Assembly (NCBI GenBank): GCA_032117135.1
Contig: JAULZV010000047.1
Span: 1-20,374, forward strand
Direction of reading: 5' to 3'
From: Minisyncoccota bacterium
GTDB lineage: Bacteria; Patescibacteriota; Minisyncoccia; Phycocordibacterales; JAACPR01
DNA: 20,374 nucleotides
This document shows positions 15,140 to 20,374 of this stretch, piece by piece. The position numbers were made by a program, and so were the translations under genes. Within the stretch, counting starts at the first letter, position 1. Every line of letters begins with the position of its first letter. A model generated the notes under the pieces. The model worked only from the letters and a program-made list of their open reading frames with translations, did no database searches and was not told where the DNA came from.

Positions 15140-15505
15140 TTATATCATTTCTTGTGGCAGATTATTATCAAAAATATCCTCAATGTCTTGGACTGGTGCG
15201 AATTGTTGTTCAGGAGATACTGGTGCATCCGGAGAGTATTCAACATCTCCAATATATGATGGACCGAGCAAGCTCTGCATTAAATGAATAATTCCCCATA
15301 GACTTGTCATAACAAAGAGAGTAAGAATTCCATATAACATATAACTTCGTCCCTCTGTACGTAATTTATCATTGGAAGATCCGAAGAAGACAAATTTTAC
15401 TATTCCCCACAAAAAGGCAAGGAGTGCAAAACCGATTATAGTATAGATAACTCGATCAATCAGAGAAAGGAATTTTTGAAATAAATTGAAAATATTTTGA
15501 GACAT
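15140..15505 (-). CDS. Paralog D of the pilin-like family, with an acidic C-terminal tail
   Basis: 121 aa. Helix 1 reads IYTIIGFALLAFLWGIVKFVFFG. Helix 2 reads YMLYGILTLFVMTSLWGIIHLMQSLLG. It is separated from paralog E by 3 nt. Confidence 0.55.
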   Translation of the reverse strand: MSQNIFNLFQKFLSLIDRVIYTIIGFALLAFLWGIVKFVFFGSSNDKLRTEGRSYMLYGILTLFVMTSLWGIIHLMQSLLGPSYIGDVEYSPDAPVSPEQQFAPVQDIEDIFDNNLPQEMI

Positions 15506-15508
15506 ATG

Positions 15509-15919
15509 CTAGACCATTAGACTTGAATCCCCACTTGGAATATTAACATCGCCTTCGTATGATTCGGTTTCGACACCACGGATTGTTGATTCGATAATAT
15601 TTGCAATAACTTGAGCACCGAGAAGTACTAGAGCCCCGATAATAGTCCAAAATAATGTTTCTCTTGCAGTTTTGAGTTGTTCAGGTCGCCCTTGCGCCAC
15701 AACAAACATAAATCCCGCATAGACAAGTGCCAAGGTCACTGCTACTGCACCAAGCTGCACAAGCACTTTAAAGAAGGCATTGAGTACTTGAGCTACAGAC
15801 CTAAATGATGTAGGACTTTCTAATTGAATATTAATTGTATCTCCCGCATGAGTAGTAAGCGGAACTCCTATAATTAAGAGTGTGCATGTTGCTAATATAA
15901 ATGGAATTATTTTTGACAT
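15509..15919 (-). CDS. Paralog E (divergent) of the pilin-like family, with a signal peptide
   Basis: 136 aa. Signal peptide MSKIIPFILATCTLLIIGVPLTTHA/GD. The mature part reads ...LNAFFKVLVQLGAVAVTLALVYAGFMFVVAQGRPEQLKTARETLFWTIIGALVLLGAQVIANIIESTIRG. The helix-loop-helix pattern, including LNAFF and LLGAQ, recalls TrbC-type pilins. Confidence 0.5.
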   Translation of the reverse strand: MSKIIPFILATCTLLIIGVPLTTHAGDTINIQLESPTSFRSVAQVLNAFFKVLVQLGAVAVTLALVYAGFMFVVAQGRPEQLKTARETLFWTIIGALVLLGAQVIANIIESTIRGVETESYEGDVNIPSGDSSLMV

Positions 15920-15923
15920 GATG

Positions 15924-16346
15924 TTATTTTACTATATCGATAAAGAATGCTTTAGCACCTAATTTTTGAAGTAACTCCCCGATTGTAATAAATGCCATAA
16001 ACATAATTAAGAACCCGACAACAACTCTCTTAAAAATATTTTTGGCTTTTTGAATTTGTGTAGGATTACCCACTGCAGTAATCAGAAGTACCCCCGCGTA
16101 CATGAACATAAATGCCACAATAAAGGTGGCGAACATAAATATCCAGTTCATCAGATTTTGAATCAAATTCATCAAGTGTACAAAATCACATGGATCTTGT
16201 CCCTGACCACCACAGGTAATGAGAGGGTTCCTATCACTTGTTCCTGGACCTGTCGGCTGTCCCATTTGACCCTGAGCCAAGGCAAGGCCTGGAATACATA
16301 TTAGAGTAAGCAGTACCGTAGCGAAGATGTGTTTTAAATTATTCAT
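15924..16346 (-). CDS. Paralog F (divergent) of the pilin-like family, with a signal peptide and two Cys residues in the mature N-region
   Basis: 140 aa. Signal peptide MNNLKHIFATVLLTLICIPGLALA/QGQ. The Gly/Gln-rich region contains C..C. The two helices are IFMFATFIVAFMFMYAGVLLITAVG and VVVGFLIMFMAFITIGELL. Its start overlaps the stop of the upstream gene by 8 nt. Confidence 0.5.
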   Translation of the reverse strand: MNNLKHIFATVLLTLICIPGLALAQGQMGQPTGPGTSDRNPLITCGGQGQDPCDFVHLMNLIQNLMNWIFMFATFIVAFMFMYAGVLLITAVGNPTQIQKAKNIFKRVVVGFLIMFMAFITIGELLQKLGAKAFFIDIVK

Positions 16347-17664
16347 TGAGTGTAGCGGTTAATTTTTCTTGAGCACGAGTAATGGCGACACTGATTTCGT
16401 ATTGTCCTGACACAACAGTCTCGATCAATTCTTTGATAATAGCACTCGATTGTCTCGAATCTGGTTCAAGCACCCCTCGTGCAATAATAGCAGATCTATT
16501 GATAATCGACTGATATGGACTAGAGACCTCGGTTGTTGCAAGCATATCTCTGCGAACCGACGCCACTTGAAGCGCTGTTGAGTATGCCTGTTGAGATGGT
16601 CTTGAAGTGAGCTTAGCTGCCATCGTAATAGCTCCTGACACATTGCGTGTCGCTCGAGGAATCATAAAGAGTTGCATTGCTCCGTATGTTACCTTCCGAG
16701 AACTATTTTGAGATTGGGGTACGAGCGCCATATCAAAATTAAGGTTTGGATTAATGCGTTTGATTGTTGGCAATTCGGATGCATATCCAATATAAAAGGC
16801 AAGATCGCCTGCAACAAACATAGTCTGAGACTTTGATAATGAACGATTCCAAGAATATACTGTTTTGGTTGGGTTTGAAAATTGTACAAAGAAGTTAGTC
16901 GCGGCATATGCCGGGTTAAGTGTGAAATTAAGATTATCATTAAATAATGATCGATACCGCTGAGCACCTCCTTGTTGCATGTCAACATATCGTTCAATTA
17001 CAGGATTACCAGCCTGTAGAGTAAGCATCCAAAAAATATCTTTGGCATTGTTAATATTATCAAACGATCCTAGTGCGATTGTACTCTTAAAAATATTGAA
17101 GGATGAATCTTTTTGTGTCATCGTAGGTGTAATTGCAAGTAATTCAGTCCATGTCTCTGGAGGCCGTGCAAAGCCACTGTTATTGAGCATATCTTTGTTG
17201 TAATACATCACCAGCGGATCAACCAAAAACGGAAATCCTAGAATACCTGTCTCAGTTACCAACAAGCTTCCTTCATCAAGAAATAAATCTTGATATGTTC
17301 TCAGTGGAAATGATTCGAATGGAATTTCTTGCATTCTTCTTTGATTAGAGATGATTTGTTTTTCGTTCAACAAAACTAAATCCGGTCCAGCCCCCTCTGC
17401 AAGTGCCTTGAGAAGTTCATCTTCAAATGTATCTTTATTTTTTTCTACATATACAAGACTAGTCAGACTCTCATCTTCAAGACTAAGCTCATTAAGAATC
17501 GTTGTAAAAGTTGATTGAGGAATTGTCCCCCATAATACAACTGTGCCGAGTGAAGAATTATTATTTCCACCACCCCGATAGGCGGTAAACAAAATGACAG
17601 CCGCAACAATCGCAATACCGGCTACTGCAAAAATAATCGCCTGAACAATATTAATGTTTTTCAT
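16339..17664 (-). CDS. Membrane-anchored ABC-type extracellular solute-binding-fold protein (SBP family 1-like) with no cognate transporter genes nearby
   Basis: 441 aa. N-terminal TM helix IIFAVAGIAIVAAVILF. The SBP-like pattern includes GTVVLWGT, GPDLVLLNEKQ, MYYNKDML and PETWTELL. No permease or ATPase ORFs lie in the operon. Confidence 0.6.
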   Translation of the reverse strand: MKNINIVQAIIFAVAGIAIVAAVILFTAYRGGGNNNSSLGTVVLWGTIPQSTFTTILNELSLEDESLTSLVYVEKNKDTFEDELLKALAEGAGPDLVLLNEKQIISNQRRMQEIPFESFPLRTYQDLFLDEGSLLVTETGILGFPFLVDPLVMYYNKDMLNNSGFARPPETWTELLAITPTMTQKDSSFNIFKSTIALGSFDNINNAKDIFWMLTLQAGNPVIERYVDMQQGGAQRYRSLFNDNLNFTLNPAYAATNFFVQFSNPTKTVYSWNRSLSKSQTMFVAGDLAFYIGYASELPTIKRINPNLNFDMALVPQSQNSSRKVTYGAMQLFMIPRATRNVSGAITMAAKLTSRPSQQAYSTALQVASVRRDMLATTEVSSPYQSIINRSAIIARGVLEPDSRQSSAIIKELIETVVSGQYEISVAITRAQEKLTATLNE

Positions 17665-17665
17665 A

Positions 17666-18232
17666 CTATATATTTGATTGCATTATAAAACCGTAATGAT
17701 GTTCCCCTGCTTGAATATCTTTTACAAAAGCAAGACCTACTTTTTGAAATAATTCGAGCGAACGATCTCGAGAAACTACACTTTGTGGTGTGGGTCCTAA
17801 TCCTCCAAATGATTCGGACCAATCGACCACAAGAAGTTGACCGCCCTTTTTGAGTATTCGTTTTACTTCAAGAGCGAATTTTTGTTTATCATCAATTTGA
17901 AAAAGTGTATTGGCAACAACAGCTCGATCAATACTCATATCCTGAAGACCAATACCATTTGCATCATCAAGATCATCCCACAAAGCAGTTATGTGAGTAA
18001 TTTGTTTTTGAAGACATTCGTTTGCAACTTTATCGACGAGGTTTTTTTGAACATCCAGAGCAAATATTTTGCCGGTGCCTGCCATTATTTTTGAAATTTC
18101 AAACGTGTACGCTCCAATACCACAACCTAAATCCGCAACGACCATATTGGGTTGCAAATCAAATTGTGGAACAATTACAGATGGTGCGCTAAACATTGCT
18201 TGAATTATAGTACAGTCGAGCAAATGATGCAC
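17666..18232 (-). CDS. Class I SAM-dependent methyltransferase
   Basis: Motif I VADLGCGIGAYT, an acidic motif II (FALDV), and motif post I KGGQLLVVDW. The start at 18232 is a GTG. An alternative ATG at 18196 has a perfect TATAAT 7 nt upstream on the minus strand (plus-strand 18204-18209). Confidence 0.8.
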   Translation of the reverse strand: MHHLLDCTIIQAMFSAPSVIVPQFDLQPNMVVADLGCGIGAYTFEISKIMAGTGKIFALDVQKNLVDKVANECLQKQITHITALWDDLDDANGIGLQDMSIDRAVVANTLFQIDDKQKFALEVKRILKKGGQLLVVDWSESFGGLGPTPQSVVSRDRSLELFQKVGLAFVKDIQAGEHHYGFIMQSNI

Positions 18233-18267
18233 TGAGGTTACTCACAGATAGATGATATGTGCATTAC

Positions 18268-18357
18268 AAAATCCGTACGATACAGATACTCTCCGAGTGC
18301 CCGTCCTCGGCCTGTGGCCTGCGAGTCACTCTCCGAGTATCTGTATCGTACGGATTT
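18268..18357. repeat. GC-rich structured element, copy 2: the same conserved core closed by a perfect 23-bp stem. It sits where a terminator for gyrA would be.
   Basis: aaatccgtacgatacagatactc at 18269-18291 pairs perfectly with gagtatctgtatcgtacggattt at 18335-18357. The core at 18292-18334 reads tccgagtgcccgtcctcggcctgtggcctgcgagtcactctcc. Confidence 0.6.
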
Positions 18358-18376
18358 CTGAACTACTGAAAAAGTC

Positions 18377-20374
18377 TTAGAAACACACAATAGAAGCAAT
18401 CTCGTCACCTTCTCGAAGTTTCATAACTCGCACACCTTGTGTTTGTCGTCCAAGCTTTGGAATTTCGGAGATCGAAACTCGAATTACTTGTCCTTTTTTG
18501 GACATTGCAACAACTTCTTCGTTTTCGTCAGTTACCACTTTACCAGCAACGAGAGCACCTACCTTAGGAGTAATACTTGCAGTTTTGATTCCTGAACCAC
18601 CTCTTTTTTGAACTTTGTATTCTTTCATGGTTGTTTGTTTACCATATCCTTTAGATGAGAAAGTAAAGAGTCTTGGATTTGGAGAATCCTTAGAGACGAC
18701 ACCAGCACTGACAACTACGTCATCTTTTTTGAGCAAAAATCCTCGAACACCTGCAGCTGTTCGACCCATTTGTCTAATATCTGACTCTTTAAACCTAATA
18801 GATTGTCCTTTTTGACTTGCAAGAATAATGTCATCACCCTTGGTCACAAACATCGCTTCGATGAGACTATCGTCATCCTTGAGACCAATTGCAATAATAC
18901 CGTTACGCCGCACATCATAAAATCCTCGTGCGTCTACTTTTTTGGCATTACCTTCACGCGTCACCATCACCACAGAGAGGTCGTCTGATTTTTTGATTTC
19001 TTTGGGCATTGGGAGTACTGATGTTACTCGTTCATCTTGACCAATTGATAAGAAGTTTGCGATAGACTTACCACGCGTTGCTCGCTTGCCTTCAGGAATA
19101 TCATAAGTACGTAGTTTGAACACCTTACCCTTATCAGTGAAGAATAAAAGTTCGCTATGATTAGTAGTATTGAGAAATGTCTGTACAAAATCTTCTTCTT
19201 TGGTGTTGAGATCAACTACCCCAACTCCCCCGCGTTTTTGTTGTTTATACTCAGTTGGATCGGTTCGCTTGATATATCCCCCTTTGGTAAGAACAAGAAC
19301 TGTTTGATCATCAGGAATAAGATCTTCTTGAGAAAGATTTTTGACACCATGTTTGACGACTTTGGTTCGACGCGCATCGCCAAATTTTTCTTGAATTTCG
19401 GCAAACTCTTTTTTGATGAGTGCCTTCATCTTTTTTTCACTTTCGAGAAGTTCTCGAAGTTCTTTGATCAATAGCTGTACCGCTCTGAGTTCATCCTCAA
19501 CTTTTTTACGTTCAAGTCCAGCAAGCTTTTGGAGTCGCATCTCAAGAATCGCATCAGCTTGGCGCTGTGAAAACTTGAATTGCTTCATCAAATTAACTTG
19601 TGCAGTCGGTGTATCTTTGGATGCTCTAATACATTTGATTACTTCATCAATATGATCAAGCGCCTTTTTGAGACCAATGAGAATATGCTCTCGATCAAGA
19701 GCTTTGTTGAGGTCAAATTGTGTCCTTCGGGTCACAACCTCAAATCGGTGTCGAATGAATTCTTTGAGTGCCGCCTTAAGCGAAAGCGTCTGAGGCACAC
19801 CGTCGACAAGCGCAACCATATTAAAATGGAATGTATCTTCAAGTTGAGTGTGTTTGTAAATATAATTGAGAACATTTTGAGGGTGAGCAGATGGCTTGAT
19901 ATCAATGACTACCCGAATATCATCAGTAGACTCGTCACGAATATCTTTGATACCTTCGAGTTTTTTGTCTTTGACAAGATCCGCAATCTTAAGAATCATT
20001 TCTGACTTATTTACTCGATATGGGATTGAGGTAATCACAATTTGAAAGGCACCTGATTTGAGTTCGACAATCTCAGCCTCACCTCGACACACTACTCCTC
20101 CTCGTCCACTGACATAGGCTTGATGGATGTCTTTTTCATTAAAAATAACTCCTCCCATCGGGTAGTCTGGACCTTTGACAAATTGAAACAAATCCTCGCT
20201 GGTTGCATTAGGATTATCAATCAAATACACGATAGCATCCATCAACTCACCGAGGTTATGTGGTGGAATATTAGAAGCCATACCTACCGCAATACCCAAG
20301 GTACCATTGAGAAGAAGTGCAGGCACAGCCGTCGGAAGCACTATCGGTTCGCGAGTTCGAGAGTCATACGTAGG
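18377..20374 (-). CDS. gyrA: DNA gyrase subunit A. The N-terminal ~150 aa lie beyond the window end.
   Basis: The frame stays open to position 20374 (…PTYDSRTREPIVLPTAVPALLLNGTLGIAVGMASNIPPHNL), matching the GyrA region that follows the catalytic Tyr. The C-terminal beta-pinwheel domain carries a GyrA-box-like QQKRGGVG. The track start is an internal GTG. Confidence 0.9.
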   Translation of the reverse strand, partial: PTYDSRTREPIVLPTAVPALLLNGTLGIAVGMASNIPPHNLGELMDAIVYLIDNPNATSEDLFQFVKGPDYPMGGVIFNEKDIHQAYVSGRGGVVCRGEAEIVELKSGAFQIVITSIPYRVNKSEMILKIADLVKDKKLEGIKDIRDESTDDIRVVIDIKPSAHPQNVLNYIYKHTQLEDTFHFNMVALVDGVPQTLSLKAALKEFIRHRFEVVTRRTQFDLNKALDREHILIGLKKALDHIDEVIKCIRASKDTPTAQVNLMKQFKFSQRQADAILEMRLQKLAGLERKKVEDELRAVQLLIKELRELLESEKKMKALIKKEFAEIQEKFGDARRTKVVKHGVKNLSQEDLIPDDQTVLVLTKGGYIKRTDPTEYKQQKRGGVGVVDLNTKEEDFVQTFLNTTNHSELLFFTDKGKVFKLRTYDIPEGKRATRGKSIANFLSIGQDERVTSVLPMPKEIKKSDDLSVVMVTREGNAKKVDARGFYDVRRNGIIAIGLKDDDSLIEAMFVTKGDDIILASQKGQSIRFKESDIRQMGRTAAGVRGFLLKKDDVVVSAGVVSKDSPNPRLFTFSSKGYGKQTTMKEYKVQKRGGSGIKTASITPKVGALVAGKVVTDENEEVVAMSKKGQVIRVSISEIPKLGRQTQGVRVMKLREGDEIASIVCF

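Noticed and set aside
1-20374. Alternative genetic code (UGA recoding), as in some CPR lineages
   Set aside because: All conserved genes (clpB, infB, gyrA, csd) are full-length with standard stops such as the TAA at 4300. There is no need to invoke recoding.

Overview
AT-rich bacterial chromosomal segment. It has tight gene packing, essentially no Shine-Dalgarno sequences, many intrinsic terminators and -10 boxes directly abutting start codons. By inference this fits a small-genome Gram-positive-like (CPR/Patescibacteria-type) organism; no search was possible to confirm that.

The housekeeping backbone is: gyrA (5'-partial), clpB, an HtrA-fold protein, a cysteine desulfurase, a minimal-length infB plus rbfA, and a cluster of five tRNAs (Tyr, Cys, Leu-TAG, Leu-TAA, Lys).

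Between the backbone genes sit cell-envelope and accessory genes:
- a secreted Tyr/Gly/Asp-rich protein with 45-bp in-frame tandem repeats and a PKD-like domain (3'-truncated by the window edge);
- a very GC-rich Pro/Ala-rich single-pass membrane protein;
- a lipoprotein, followed by a (CAACA)10 microsatellite;
- a sortase;
- an SPFH/band-7-like protein with a membrane-anchored partner.

The most striking feature is a co-directional operon on the minus strand (18232 down to 13950): a SAM methyltransferase, a membrane-anchored 'orphan' ABC-type solute-binding-fold protein, and six tandem paralogous small proteins with two hydrophobic helices whose architecture resembles VirB2/TrbC-type (T4SS-pilin-like) proteins.

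Two copies of a ~55-nt GC-rich conserved core are embedded in long self-complementary stems of unrelated sequence (4197-4280 and 18268-18357). They sit at terminator positions and look like a structured repeat/RNA element with covarying flanks.
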